Assembly: GCA_965205485.1 (NCBI GenBank)
Contig: OZ242180.1
Coordinates: 3,776,001 to 3,840,000, forward strand
Length of the DNA: 64,000 bases
Direction of reading: 5' to 3'
Source: Candidatus Latescibacterota bacterium
Lineage (GTDB): Bacteria > Latescibacterota > UBA2968 > GCA-2709665
Shown here one piece after another: positions 1-10,411 of the stretch. The notes beneath the pieces were generated by a model, which worked only from the letters and a program-made list of their open reading frames with translations, was not told where the DNA came from and did no database searches. How positions within the stretch are numbered: position 1 is the first letter of the stretch; each line of letters begins with the position of its first letter. Both the position numbers and the translations under genes were made by a program.

Positions 1-7
1 GGCGGTC

Positions 8-1084
8 GTGGACTGCGTCCATGAACTGGGGGGCGTTCCTTTCGTTCTCGCGTCGATGGGCAGTCACGGCGGGGCCACGTCCAGCGGACAGAAAGCGATT
101 CTCGCCTCGTACGGCATTGACGAATCCACGATGGGAGCACCGGTCGACGCCACGATGGACGTGGTACAGGTCGGGGAAACGGACGACGGCGTTCCGGTTG
201 TAGTGAACCGATTGGCAAGAGAGGCCGATGCGGTGGTGCTGGTGAACCGGGTCAAGCCCCACACGTCGTTTCGCGGACCGTTCGAGAGCGGGCTGATGAA
301 GATGATGACGATCGGGCTGGGGTCGCACCGGGGGGCCACGCTCGCGCATTCGATGGGTGCGGCGGGATTGCCCCGGATGATACCGGCGTGGGGCCGCATC
401 ATACTCCGGGAGGCCCCCATCGCGCTCGGCGTGGCGATTCTGGAAAACGCTTACGAGCAGACGGCAAGAGTGGTTGCCGTGGAGCCGGACAAGTTGACGG
501 CGGTCGAGCCGGAGTTGCTGGATGAGGCCCGGGTACTGATGCCCCGGATACCCGTGGAACGGATCGACGTCCTGATCGTGGACCGGATCGGCAAGAATAT
601 CAGCGGTACGGGAATGGACCCCAACATCATCGGACGGATATGGCTGGAGGGCGTCGAGGAGCCGGATTCACCGCGTATCGAACGCATCGTCGTGCTGGAC
701 CTGACACCCGAGACGCACGGCAACGCCAATGGAATCGGGCTGGCCGACGTGACCACCCGCCGCCTTGTGGACGATATCGACTTCAAGGCGACGTATGCCA
801 ACGCAATGACCAGCACGTTCCTGAACCGCGCGTACATACCCATCGTTGGCGAAAACGACAGGGAGGCGATTGAGATCGCGCTTGGCGCGTCGGGCAACGG
901 AGGGAACCCTGATGCGAGAGTGATGCGGATACGCTCAACGCTGGAGCTGGAACACCTCCGGGCGTCAGAGTCGCTGCTCCCGGAGCTCTCCGGGATGCCG
1001 GAGGTAGAGGTATCGGGCGAACCGGAAGAGATGGATTTCGACGGCGAGGGCAACCTGGGGACGTCCGGAACGCGGTCCGGGTGA
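8..1084 (+). CDS. LarA/DUF362-like (lactate racemase domain) protein, 5' end probably outside the window
   Basis: PFVLASMGSHGGAT, NRVKPHTSF, ESGLMKM..IGLG, GKNISGTGMDPNIIGR and HGNANGIGLAD motifs of this family. Confidence 0.75.
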   Translation: MDCVHELGGVPFVLASMGSHGGATSSGQKAILASYGIDESTMGAPVDATMDVVQVGETDDGVPVVVNRLAREADAVVLVNRVKPHTSFRGPFESGLMKMMTIGLGSHRGATLAHSMGAAGLPRMIPAWGRIILREAPIALGVAILENAYEQTARVVAVEPDKLTAVEPELLDEARVLMPRIPVERIDVLIVDRIGKNISGTGMDPNIIGRIWLEGVEEPDSPRIERIVVLDLTPETHGNANGIGLADVTTRRLVDDIDFKATYANAMTSTFLNRAYIPIVGENDREAIEIALGASGNGGNPDARVMRIRSTLELEHLRASESLLPELSGMPEVEVSGEPEEMDFDGEGNLGTSGTRSG

Positions 1085-1157
1085 CGACCGGCTACGGGCG
1101 GACGCGATAGTGCGGAACGTTCAACCCTTACCGAGGTAAGGGAATCGGAAGGGGGTG

Positions 1158-2108
1158 CTAAAGCACCCCCTTTTTCTTGAGCAGACGTCGGACCCTGGCT
1201 CGGTCTCTTGCCGCGAGGATACGGCGGGCGGGGGTCGCGGCCGTTTGGGGCTGCGCCTCGCCCCGCATGGGGCCGCCCGCCAGGCCCATCATTTCCAGGC
1301 CGGCCTTGAGCATGGGCGTGCCGAGTTCGCTCCGGAGGGACGTCAGGGGTTCGAACCAGTCCCGGAGGTCCATCGCCGTCTTCCATCGACGCCGCATTCC
1401 GGCATTGTGCATTTCGATGGACTTCGGCAGGGTAAGGTTGGCCATTCCCGTCGTGAATCCGCTGGCGCCCGCGAGGTAGTAATAGGGCGCCATGTTCTCG
1501 CCGCCTCCCGTGATAATGGGAACGCGGTGATCCACGGCCCTGCAGCCGGTGCGTACCCAGTCGACGGCATTGCTCTCCTCCTTGATGGCGACGACCTTCT
1601 CGAGTCCGGCAAAGCGCTTCACGAGGTTGATCGAGAGGAGTTGCCGCGGCGCCCGGAACGGGATGACTCCGATATCCACCGCTTTCGCGATGGCCTGGTG
1701 GTGCCGCCAGATCGCCGCCTCGCCGCGGGCGACGACCGGGTCGTGAGGCATCACAAGCAGGGCGTCGCAGCCGGCGGCCTGTGCGTTCTCCGCCATCTTC
1801 ACGGCTGTTCCCGTGCTCCATCCGATCCCGCATACGATCCTGCACGACCTCCGGACGCCCGCAACCGCCGCCGCGGCCAGGTCTTTGACTTCGGATGTCG
1901 AGAGGTCGTAGAATTCCCCGGATCCGCCGCAGATCACCAGGGTCTTCCGTCCCCTGACCCCCGCAAAATAACGCGCGTTTTTCTCCAGGCCCGCTGCATC
2001 GATCCGGTATGCGCCCTTCCGGTTCAGGGCGGTCTTCATCGGCGTCATCACAAAGACGTAGACCCCTTGCGCGTCCGTCGACCTTCGCCTTGTTGCGCTA
2101 TGGTCCAT
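1158..2108 (-). CDS. Dihydrodipicolinate synthase (DapA/KdgD)-family lyase
   Basis: GGSGEF motif, AIKE Schiff-base Lys, G..TGMAN, LKAGLEMMG. Confidence 0.85.
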   Translation of the reverse strand: MDHSATRRRSTDAQGVYVFVMTPMKTALNRKGAYRIDAAGLEKNARYFAGVRGRKTLVICGGSGEFYDLSTSEVKDLAAAAVAGVRRSCRIVCGIGWSTGTAVKMAENAQAAGCDALLVMPHDPVVARGEAAIWRHHQAIAKAVDIGVIPFRAPRQLLSINLVKRFAGLEKVVAIKEESNAVDWVRTGCRAVDHRVPIITGGGENMAPYYYLAGASGFTTGMANLTLPKSIEMHNAGMRRRWKTAMDLRDWFEPLTSLRSELGTPMLKAGLEMMGLAGGPMRGEAQPQTAATPARRILAARDRARVRRLLKKKGVL

Positions 2109-2159
2109 AGCTGAGTTTCTCCGGCGCGAGTACGAGGTCTCTACACATTCGTGCGTCGG

Positions 2160-2927
2160 CTACGCCGTATGCGGATCGAACGCGGCCGCGATGTTCTGCA
2201 TGCCGGCCGCAACAAGGCCGCCGTCCGATCCGAGCGCAATAAAGGTGAATCCGTCACGTACCGCGGCGTCGAGATGACCGGGGTCCAGCAGAAGGATTCC
2301 TGCGGCTTTACCCGCCCGCCTGGCGGCTTCGGAAACCCTTGCCCTGGCATCCAGAAAGCGGGGATGGTCGAATTGCTGCGGAATCCCCAGGTTGACGCTG
2401 AGGTCCAGGGGGCCGATGAACAAAACGTCCACGCCGTCTACAGCGGCGATCCCGTCAATGGCGTTCACGGCTTCCGGGGTTTCAATCTGCACGACGGTTG
2501 TCAGCAACTCGTGCGACGAACTGAAATAGTCATCGAAATCCCGTCCGAACTCGCTGCCCCGGTTCAACTTGGCAACGCCCCGAATACCCCTCGGCGGATA
2601 GCGGCTCGAAGCCACCGCCCGCTCGGCCTCGGCCGCCGTACTCACGTAGGGCACCATCACACCCGAAGCGCCCATATCCAGGACGCGTTTGAACCGGGGG
2701 GGTTCGTTGGCCGCGATTCGCACGATGGGCACGGCGGGCGTACCCGAGACCACCTGAAGCTGGACACGAAGCGTTTCCAGGTCCGACGCGCCGTGTTCGA
2801 TGTCGATCAGGACCCAGTCCAGACCGCTCTTCCCGGCGATTTCGGCCGTGACGGCGGATCCCAGGTTCAGGAATGTCCCGGCCACGACTTCGCGCTCGAG
2901 CGCGCGCCGGCGTATACTCTTTACCAT
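2160..2927 (-). CDS. HpcH/HpaI (2-keto-3-deoxy sugar acid) aldolase
   Basis: DWVLIDIEHG, RYPPRGIRG, QIET, LFIGPLDLS; start set to ATG at 2927 (MVKSIRR). Confidence 0.9.
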   Translation of the reverse strand: MVKSIRRRALEREVVAGTFLNLGSAVTAEIAGKSGLDWVLIDIEHGASDLETLRVQLQVVSGTPAVPIVRIAANEPPRFKRVLDMGASGVMVPYVSTAAEAERAVASSRYPPRGIRGVAKLNRGSEFGRDFDDYFSSSHELLTTVVQIETPEAVNAIDGIAAVDGVDVLFIGPLDLSVNLGIPQQFDHPRFLDARARVSEAARRAGKAAGILLLDPGHLDAAVRDGFTFIALGSDGGLVAAGMQNIAAAFDPHTA

Positions 2928-2982
2928 GGCGGAGCCTTTCTGCAGGGTGCTGTGGATCCCCGGGCGCGGCGTACGGGCGCGA

Positions 2983-3228
2983 TTATGTATCGTCGCAGTC
3001 GGGGCGGTCCGGGTCCTCGATGACGACGCCGTCGCGGAGGTATTCCAACGCCTTGGTGTAGCTTCTGTTTTGCAGGAAATGATCCAGTTGCCGGGACGTG
3101 AAGGGGGCAAGTTTACGGTGGAGCGTGGCCAGATGGTGCAGGTGGTCGGCGATCGGTTCCCTTTTTGCAATGGCGTCCATCAGCGCTTCCAATGCGTTCT
3201 TGAGCGATTCAGCCTGTGCCGACGTCAC
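2983..3228 (-). CDS. Small helical hypothetical protein (81 aa)
   Basis: AAGGAGG SD upstream of GTG; LxHFLxxRSYxKALxYL helical motif; co-oriented with neighbours. Confidence 0.7.
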   Translation of the reverse strand: MTSAQAESLKNALEALMDAIAKREPIADHLHHLATLHRKLAPFTSRQLDHFLQNRSYTKALEYLRDGVVIEDPDRPDCDDT

Positions 3229-3331
3229 AATGACCTCCTTCAGGATCCTGTTTACGGCCGGTTCGGTCCGGTGTTCGTCCCGGAACTGGATTGACGTGTT
3301 TCGGCCGACGAGCAGCCCGGCGGGAAACCGC

Positions 3332-4105
3332 CTATCTTAAATACGCCTCCGGCCTTCCCCCAACCTCCTCGACCAGCGCGTCCACATAGGTCCGGATGGG
3401 GAAGAGCCGGGACTCGGAGTCCCCGACCGTGCCCCGCCGGATGCGGCCGTTCGCTTCCCAGAAAGCGCCGAGCTTCGTCCGGTCGATCCACGGATATTTC
3501 GCATCCGGGTCGTTTTCCCGGCGCCGGTACCAACAGATGACTTCAACGAGGTGAATGTAGGTGGAGGTTTCGTACGTCACGCCCAGCATGAGCACCTTGC
3601 CGCCGGCCGCGTACGCGCGGATCATGGGTGAATTGTCGCCGTAGGTCTTGCCCCACGGGTCGCGGTCCCACGGAGACGAACGCCCGATTCTGTCGCGATG
3701 GCCGGCAACAAACGCCCGTGCGTTTGAGCCGCGGGCGGCGACGGAATGGGAATAGTGGTCGGAGCGGTACGTTCCGGGCAGCGTGCGGAAGAATTCGGTG
3801 AGCCAACCCACCGTCGAGGGGGTCGTATTCGGGTTCCAGAGCTCGGCGCGTAACCGGCTGTCCTCCAGGAGATTGAATGAAGGCATCAGGATGAGGCCGC
3901 CGGGATCGGTCACGTCCTCGAGGGCTTTCACGACCGTAAATGCGCCGCCTTCAACCCTTCCGAGGCTCTTGAACGACGAGTGAATGAAGAGCGTATCGCC
4001 GGGTTCCACGCCAAGCGCTCTCAGGTCCCGGCCGAGGGAATCGAGCGTATGTGTCCGGGGAACGGCGACTTCCCCGGCCGACGTCAGTTCGCTGACTGTT
4101 CCCAT
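3332..4105 (-). CDS. AAC(3)/YokD-family N-acetyltransferase
   Basis: LGVEPGDTLFIHSS, MPSF, TVGWLTEFFR, RSDH..HSVAA, LMLGV...TYIHLVE. Confidence 0.85.
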   Translation of the reverse strand: MGTVSELTSAGEVAVPRTHTLDSLGRDLRALGVEPGDTLFIHSSFKSLGRVEGGAFTVVKALEDVTDPGGLILMPSFNLLEDSRLRAELWNPNTTPSTVGWLTEFFRTLPGTYRSDHYSHSVAARGSNARAFVAGHRDRIGRSSPWDRDPWGKTYGDNSPMIRAYAAGGKVLMLGVTYETSTYIHLVEVICWYRRRENDPDAKYPWIDRTKLGAFWEANGRIRRGTVGDSESRLFPIRTYVDALVEEVGGRPEAYLR

Positions 4106-4288
4106 ACTCTGTAAATGATCCTACCGGGCCGCTTCGCCCAGGGAGAATTCGGGGGATGAAAAAAGGTTCAGGCACGGGTTCCAATTCTGCAGGCGGCGTC
4201 GACCGGACGTATCTCCACGGGCGGGTCGGCGGTCATGGTTGTTTCCCTGTTTGCTGTTCTGTCGATCTCAACTCGGCGGTCGCCGATG

Positions 4289-4317
4289 AAGCTACGTTGA
4301 GTCATGCGCATTGTCAA
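4289..4317 (-). promoter_or_regulatory. sigma70-type promoter upstream of the AAC(3)-family gene
   Basis: Minus strand TTGACA-N17-TAGCTT. Confidence 0.55.
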
Positions 4318-4396
4318 ACGGAATTCAGTGTAGACGAACCGCATTCCGATGGCCCAACACGTCTTCGCCTGGAGAGTCGTCCACGACATTGCGGTG

Positions 4397-5683
4397 TCAG
4401 GACCGTGGCGGCTTCGGGTCTTCACCTCGCAGGAGACGTTTGACGTAGGGGGGGAGGGCAAACGCAGCCCTGTGAATTTCGTCGTTGTAGTATTGCAGGC
4501 CGTGGGCATCCGCAAAGCGGCGGGCCCTCGCCGGACTGAGGGCATTCTGCGGGTCCGCGCCCTGTGTTGCGGCATATGAAAAGCTGACCAGTCCGGTCGT
4601 ATACGTGGGGATGCAGGCCAGGTAGCAGTGCACGTTTCCCGGGCCGAAGACCGACTCCTGGCGTCTGTAGATTTCGGAGAAAGTCCGGCTGTCGAGCGCG
4701 GGCGGTTCAGTTTGCGCGACCATGACGCCCCCGGGCCTGAGGCATTCCCGGACCCGCGTGTAGAAAGGTCCCGAGAACAGTCTTCGGGGTCCGCTGGATG
4801 GATTGGCGATGTCGACGATCGCGAGGTCGAGGGATTCGGCGGGAAAGGTCTGCAGAAAGTCGAACCCGTCCGCAACGTGAAGCGAGAGTCTGGTGTCTTC
4901 GAAAGCAGGCGCAAGGGCCGGGAAGTGTTGTCTGCATGCGCTGACAACCATGGCGTCGAGTTCGACGACGACGACCTCCTCGATCCGCTTGTAGCGTAAC
5001 AATTCGCGCAGGGCTCCGCCGTCGCCGCCGCCCACGATCAGGGCCCGCTTCGCGTCGGGGAGGGTCTGCATGGGTACATGGACGATCATCTCATGGTAGA
5101 TGTGCTCGTCACGTTCCGTACATACGATCGACCCGTCGATCACCAGCGTCTTTCCGTACCCGTAGCTGTCCAGGACTTCGATCTTCTGATGGGGGGATTG
5201 ATGCCGGAAGAGCGCGCCGGCATGCCTGAGCGAGAGGGCGATCCCTTCCTCCCGTCTCGTAAACCAGAGATTGCGGATGTGTGCCGGAGGCGTCTCCCCG
5301 GCTGCCATCGCCGGCGCGGCGCCGGTCTGTGCCGGAATGTCGAGTTGACCGCGCTCCATCTCCCGGGTGGTGCCGTGAGCGGCTTTCAGGTCCGACTTCA
5401 GCGCTTCATACGCCGGCCACGGGTCGATCGAGTCTCCGCAGGTAAACAGATCGACGGCGGCGAAACCGTACTCCGGCCAGGTGTGGATGGAGAGGTGACT
5501 CTCGTGGATGACAACGACCCCGGAGACGCCGTATGGCGAGAAACGATGGAAGGAGGTGTTGATAACGGTGGCGTTCGCCGCTCGAGCCGCGTTGACCATA
5601 CACGCTTCAATGCGGATGACGTCGTTCAGTTCGGATGCTGGGGACCCATAGAGCTCAACCAGAATGTGTCTGCCGAGAGGCAC
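4397..5683 (-). CDS. speDE: Fused S-adenosylmethionine decarboxylase / aminopropyltransferase (SpeD-SpeE)
   Basis: N-terminal [23 protein letters not shown] and DLFTCG; C-terminal YHEMIVH, GGGDGG, VELD and YYN..IH.AAF.LP. Confidence 0.92.
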   Translation of the reverse strand: MPLGRHILVELYGSPASELNDVIRIEACMVNAARAANATVINTSFHRFSPYGVSGVVVIHESHLSIHTWPEYGFAAVDLFTCGDSIDPWPAYEALKSDLKAAHGTTREMERGQLDIPAQTGAAPAMAAGETPPAHIRNLWFTRREEGIALSLRHAGALFRHQSPHQKIEVLDSYGYGKTLVIDGSIVCTERDEHIYHEMIVHVPMQTLPDAKRALIVGGGDGGALRELLRYKRIEEVVVVELDAMVVSACRQHFPALAPAFEDTRLSLHVADGFDFLQTFPAESLDLAIVDIANPSSGPRRLFSGPFYTRVRECLRPGGVMVAQTEPPALDSRTFSEIYRRQESVFGPGNVHCYLACIPTYTTGLVSFSYAATQGADPQNALSPARARRFADAHGLQYYNDEIHRAAFALPPYVKRLLRGEDPKPPRS

Positions 5684-5775
5684 AGCTTACGGTTTCCACA
5701 GCGGGCGAGGGTGTCGACACGCCGGGCGGGGCGGCGGGGCGGCGGGTGGGCGTGGAAGGAGGGACCGGAGCGGCA

Positions 5776-8700
5776 TCAGACCTTCTCCCCCTCGGACACC
5801 GGGTTGGCCGCCGTCCCCCTGTCGATCAGTTCATCGCCTTCGTTCGCGTATTGACGCTGGCTTTCTTCGGGAATGGTACGCCAGATGAGGAACTGTTTCC
5901 TGATCTGGTTCATGAAGCGCTGGTTGCATCGTTTCCATGAAGCCAGGTCGCCCGAAAGCCGGTCGATGGTGATTTCCAGCGCGTGGATGCCGAAGGTGCC
6001 CGTGGGCGTGGACGTCAGGCTGATGTTCTGGCTGACCCCGAGATCGAACGGCGCCAGCCAGATGGTGGTATCGATCCGGTACCCGCGGCCCCGCGCTGTT
6101 TCATACGTGGACAGGTTGGCGCCGTGGGTGAAAAAGGTTCCCATCGAGCTTTCCGTATGAAAGTCGAAGTACCTGGTGAGAAACGTAAACAGCCCCAGGA
6201 CCTCGCCGCCGGAGATGGTGAACGGAAACTCGAAATGCCAGCGGTCCGCATCCGGCTCGGGAAGCTTCCAGCGCCGGGTGATATCGGGAACCGCCATCTG
6301 GGAAGCCCGCCGGGCGGGGTATACGGTGGACAGGATGACCACGAGCATGACAAGCGTGGACGAGGCCATCGCCGACACGGAGGAGTAGTTCAACGTGAGG
6401 CCCTCGAGGAGGCCGTGCCAGAAGAGGAGCTTGGACACGCCCTGTGCGAGCAGATAGCCCGAGACCGCGCCGAGCACGGCGTACACGCAGGACTCGGCCA
6501 GGAACAGGAAGGCGATGTGTACCGGCGCCAGTCCGACCGAGGAATAGATGCCGATTTCCCGGAATCGTTCGTACACCGAACCCATCATTGTATTCAATAC
6601 GATCAGCGCCGCGATGGCGATGGGAACGAAGAGGTTCGCGAGGCCCTGGGGTGACGCCTGTCCGTACGAGGAGTAAACGGAAACGGCAATGCGCCCGATC
6701 TTTCCCTCCGGCGAAACCTCCGGTACGCCCGCAAACAGAACCACGGACAGCCGCGAGATGAAACTCTCCACGCGAGCCTTGACCACCGTTGGGTCCCTGA
6801 ACCGGACCGCAATTGCCTGGAGCGGGCTGTTGACTTCCCTCAGGGTCTGGTAGGGGACCACCATGACGTTTGCGGGGTCGAGGTGTTCGAATTCCATGAT
6901 TTCGACATCGGTCTCCTCCAGTCCGGCCTTTTCGCGCTTCTCCTGCTGGGCCATCTGCATGAAAACGTTCTCATCGGTCAGCACGAAGTCCGCGGGCGTT
7001 AGCGGCTCGCCATCCAGGTCCTCCAGGTCCTTCATGCGCTCGGCGTCGATCAGTCCGACAACCTTGAATCGCTCTCCGAAGAGGCGTACCTCCGCCTTGC
7101 CGATGTCGGATTCGTCGATTTTCAGGAGGTCCGCCATCGCCTGGGGCAGGACGGTGACGTTTCGTTCGCCCGGAAGGAACCACCTGCCGGCGGACAGGCA
7201 GTCCTGGATCCCGATCACATCGGTCTCCTGCGCGGTCAGTCCCAAAATGCCGAGCGCGTTGGCCGACGTGCTGTCCGATACGACCTGAATGGCCTTTTTC
7301 TCTTTGGAGGCGTACCAGCTGCGCGCCGCCACGACGGCTTCCTTTCCGAAGTTGGCCTGAACATAGTCGAGGACGGATTCCTCCAGCGGCGCCCAATACT
7401 TGCTGCGGATGAGCATCCCCGGATACGGGCCCAGATTGTCCCGCGCGATCTGGTGAAACTTGAGCTGGGACTTGATGGAAGAGAATGACAGGACGGTAAA
7501 GGTGAGCAGGACGAGTGTGGTAAAGGTGAGCAGCGTTCTGAGTTTGCGACGCTTCATATTGGCGATGCCCAGCTGAAAGGCGGCCAGCGAGGCGGAAATC
7601 CGACCCACGTCCACGTCGTGGATGACGGCGGCCTCCGTGCGGAGGTTGCGCATCTGACTGTTGAAGCGGGAAAATACCAGGCTGATCACGAAGCTGGCCA
7701 GCGCCAGCAGCACGAAGGCGAGGAGTATGACAAAAGGATTGGAAAGGTCGAATGCGGGATGGACGATCGACAGGAAGATCCAGATCACCATGAAAATGCC
7801 GGCAAAACCTGCAATCTGTCGCCTGATGTCAACCGCCGTAAATATCAGCCGCTCCCCGAAGAAGGCGCACGGCAGAACCAGCGCCATAAAGAAGATGATG
7901 CCGCGGATCACGTCGTTCTGCGTCCCCTTGACATCGGGATACGCGCGGGACTCGAGGCCCAGCGCGGCACGCGAATGCCTGATGAAATCGTCCCACCGCA
8001 GCTGGTCCCGGGCCATGTCCGCCTGGTCCAGATGTTTCTTCGCCCGCGTGTGCAGATCGGCAAGGCGATCGTTTTCGATTCCGTAGGCGTGAAGTTCGCG
8101 CATCCTGGCGTGGTCCAGGACCCACATGTCTTTGGCGGCCTGGTACGCCGTATGCGTGATTGCGCCGTGGGTGGCGGCGACGAATCCGCTCTTGTGCGCC
8201 GCCTCGACGCTGGTTGTATCGGTTGCATTCAGCAGCAGGTAGCGGATGCCGATACCACGCGTATGCATGGTTAGTTTGAGTCTTGTTCCGGGAGGGGTGA
8301 ACACGACGCCCACCGGCTCGTTTTGGCCGTAACCCAGGGTATAGCCATATTCCCGCGGGGCGGTGTTTCCGTCGCCGTACAGGGATAGACTCGGGAGCTT
8401 GGTGAGGTAGCGCGGGTCCACGGTCTCATAGAAGTCCGTTGAAACACAGGGAAAAAGGATGCGCGTGGCGCGCGTAATCCACCAGTCCATGCCGAATTCA
8501 GGCTTGTAGATCCGCGCTGCCTGCCCTCGATCCCACGCATAGGTGATCTCGCCGCTTTCCGGGTCGAGATAGAAGGCGTCGAGGCCAACCCAGCGTACCG
8601 CCAGGCCGGGAACGTAGAACTCGCCGTTTTCGTCGGCCTGATCGTAGAAGATAGCGCGTACGCCCTTGACCGACTTCTCGTAAGACATTCGCAATACCGC

Positions 8701-10314
8701 CACCGCGCCCTTGCGGGGCCGGTCCGGCGTGATGCTGCGCCGGGGAAAGGTGAGGATGCGTCCCTTCAGCGCGCGCATTCGATCCTTCATCTTGACGCGG
8801 TAGTCGGGCAGGAAGCCGGGATCGTTCAGCGCCTTGCTGAGCGCCGCGGTCAGCAGCCTGATCTGGTTTGTCAGATTGGCCAGATTGACGTGTTCGACGG
8901 TGTCGTAGGGGGTGTCCACCCGGAATCGGGCGTCGTTGATGGTCACGAATGCCAGCGTCGGCATTCCGGCGGTCAGCACCACCTGCGAGTCGGTCTTCAG
9001 ATTTCCGCCGGGAATGAACATGCTCCAGCTCATGCCCGAAGGCGGGTTGATGCCGTCAACCAGCGACCGCTTTGCGTCCATGCCGAATGCCGGAGCGAGG
9101 TCCGCGCCGAGGTTGCTGAAGCGTTTGCCCAGCGGCGTGAAGAATCTCTGAAAATAGAACGCGGTGGAACCGTTCCAGACGGCCATCTGGTCGGTCTGGG
9201 AGGTTAGGTCCAGGGAGATCCACAACCGGATATCGATGGGATCCGTCATCAGCGCGGCGAAGTGTTCCTCTTTCCGCGCATGCCGTCCCAGGAAGTCGCA
9301 CACGCCGCGAAAACCGAGATGATGCGCCGAGGTTGCCAGGAAAAGGACGGTGTGGGCGGGCGGATGCGCCTTGAAGTATTTCGCCATTTCCAGCATGGCG
9401 GCGATTCCGGATGCCTGTTCGGCGCCCGGGGCGAGCGCGGGCACCACCGACATGGCGTCGTAATACGCGTCGATGAGTACCACGCGTTCCCGTAGCTGAG
9501 GGTCAGCGCCTGTGATCCAGCCGATGATGTTTTGCGTGGGGTGCCGCTCCCAGTCCATCCGCGACTTCAATTCAACCTCGATCCGCTCGCCGTCGGCCAG
9601 CCGGCGCCGGAGGCGTTCCCCTTCGGACTTGCCGATCCAGAAGCGGGGCGCATTGAGTGGGACCTGGAAGAATTTCTGCTCTGCTTCGGCCGTTGTGGTG
9701 GAGTCCGGCGCCACGAAGACAATCGCCCTGGCGCCCAGCATGGAGGCGTTCATCCAGCGGTTCCAGGAGTTGAAGTCCAGCAGCACGACGCTGCCGCCTG
9801 GCTCTTTGCCGTTGAAATCGGCGAACTCCCCTGCGCCGCCGTCGATCAGCGGGGCGCGCAGTCCGGCGCCCGGCAGGGTGGACGTGCGAACCAGGTTGGG
9901 CCAGACCGCATGGATGGGGACAACGCGGGACTCGCCGATGATCCGAAGACCGCCGCCCTTGTCGACGGGCGACGTGACGTCGTAGGTTTCCACCGAGACG
10001 TTTTCCAGACCGATACGTTCGAATTCTTCCCGAATATAGAGAGACGCCTCCCTGTGGCCCGGATAGCCGACCACCCGCGAACCCGATCCGCTGAGCCGGA
10101 GCAGACGGGATTCGACTCCGGCAGGCGTGATCCGCTCCCGGATGCTGTCGGCCAGTTGCTGTTGGCCGGTGGCCACCCTGGCGGGCGGGGGTTCCGGATA
10201 GCGGATATCGAACCATTCGAACAGGCGGTCGGTCAGCGCCTGCGGAGAGACCAGGGTCATCGCGAGAAAGGCAATGAGGATGACCAGGCCGATGGCGATA
10301 TTATTTGTTTTCAC
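5776..10314 (-). CDS. 1512-aa membrane protein: M28-peptidase-like (PA insert) domain plus FtsX/MacB-like permease
   Basis: SRVVGYPG, NIIG, AYYD, GAEQASG; then TM helices, N..RRKLRT.LT, IVLNTMMGSVYERFREIGIYSSVG and YPARRAS FtsX motifs. Confidence 0.85.
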   Translation of the reverse strand: MKTNNIAIGLVILIAFLAMTLVSPQALTDRLFEWFDIRYPEPPPARVATGQQQLADSIRERITPAGVESRLLRLSGSGSRVVGYPGHREASLYIREEFERIGLENVSVETYDVTSPVDKGGGLRIIGESRVVPIHAVWPNLVRTSTLPGAGLRAPLIDGGAGEFADFNGKEPGGSVVLLDFNSWNRWMNASMLGARAIVFVAPDSTTTAEAEQKFFQVPLNAPRFWIGKSEGERLRRRLADGERIEVELKSRMDWERHPTQNIIGWITGADPQLRERVVLIDAYYDAMSVVPALAPGAEQASGIAAMLEMAKYFKAHPPAHTVLFLATSAHHLGFRGVCDFLGRHARKEEHFAALMTDPIDIRLWISLDLTSQTDQMAVWNGSTAFYFQRFFTPLGKRFSNLGADLAPAFGMDAKRSLVDGINPPSGMSWSMFIPGGNLKTDSQVVLTAGMPTLAFVTINDARFRVDTPYDTVEHVNLANLTNQIRLLTAALSKALNDPGFLPDYRVKMKDRMRALKGRILTFPRRSITPDRPRKGAVAVLRMSYEKSVKGVRAIFYDQADENGEFYVPGLAVRWVGLDAFYLDPESGEITYAWDRGQAARIYKPEFGMDWWITRATRILFPCVSTDFYETVDPRYLTKLPSLSLYGDGNTAPREYGYTLGYGQNEPVGVVFTPPGTRLKLTMHTRGIGIRYLLLNATDTTSVEAAHKSGFVAATHGAITHTAYQAAKDMWVLDHARMRELHAYGIENDRLADLHTRAKKHLDQADMARDQLRWDDFIRHSRAALGLESRAYPDVKGTQNDVIRGIIFFMALVLPCAFFGERLIFTAVDIRRQIAGFAGIFMVIWIFLSIVHPAFDLSNPFVILLAFVLLALASFVISLVFSRFNSQMRNLRTEAAVIHDVDVGRISASLAAFQLGIANMKRRKLRTLLTFTTLVLLTFTVLSFSSIKSQLKFHQIARDNLGPYPGMLIRSKYWAPLEESVLDYVQANFGKEAVVAARSWYASKEKKAIQVVSDSTSANALGILGLTAQETDVIGIQDCLSAGRWFLPGERNVTVLPQAMADLLKIDESDIGKAEVRLFGERFKVVGLIDAERMKDLEDLDGEPLTPADFVLTDENVFMQMAQQEKREKAGLEETDVEIMEFEHLDPANVMVVPYQTLREVNSPLQAIAVRFRDPTVVKARVESFISRLSVVLFAGVPEVSPEGKIGRIAVSVYSSYGQASPQGLANLFVPIAIAALIVLNTMMGSVYERFREIGIYSSVGLAPVHIAFLFLAESCVYAVLGAVSGYLLAQGVSKLLFWHGLLEGLTLNYSSVSAMASSTLVMLVVILSTVYPARRASQMAVPDITRRWKLPEPDADRWHFEFPFTISGGEVLGLFTFLTRYFDFHTESSMGTFFTHGANLSTYETARGRGYRIDTTIWLAPFDLGVSQNISLTSTPTGTFGIHALEITIDRLSGDLASWKRCNQRFMNQIRKQFLIWRTIPEESQRQYANEGDELIDRGTAANPVSEGEKV

Positions 10315-10411
10315 AAAGACACCTGCGCCGTGTTAAGGATTCGCGTCGATTGAACGCGAGTTTTCGCATGCGCCGACGTTTGCGTTTCGACCCGAAGCCG
10401 GATCGCGGACG

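Noticed and set aside
451..1845. Long overlapping or antisense ORFs (451-1845, 19026-20582, 34254-35312, 62311-63387 and many others)
   Set aside because: Shadow frames of well-supported genes in GC-rich DNA; Arg/Pro/Gly-rich with no motifs
3332..4105. Bona fide aminoglycoside resistance gene
   Set aside because: Family membership only; chromosomal YokD-like homologs are common and there is no mobile context
4140..4236. Selenocysteine read-through of the uORF TGA
   Set aside because: No recognisable SECIS or redox motif, and the read-through frame resembles nothing
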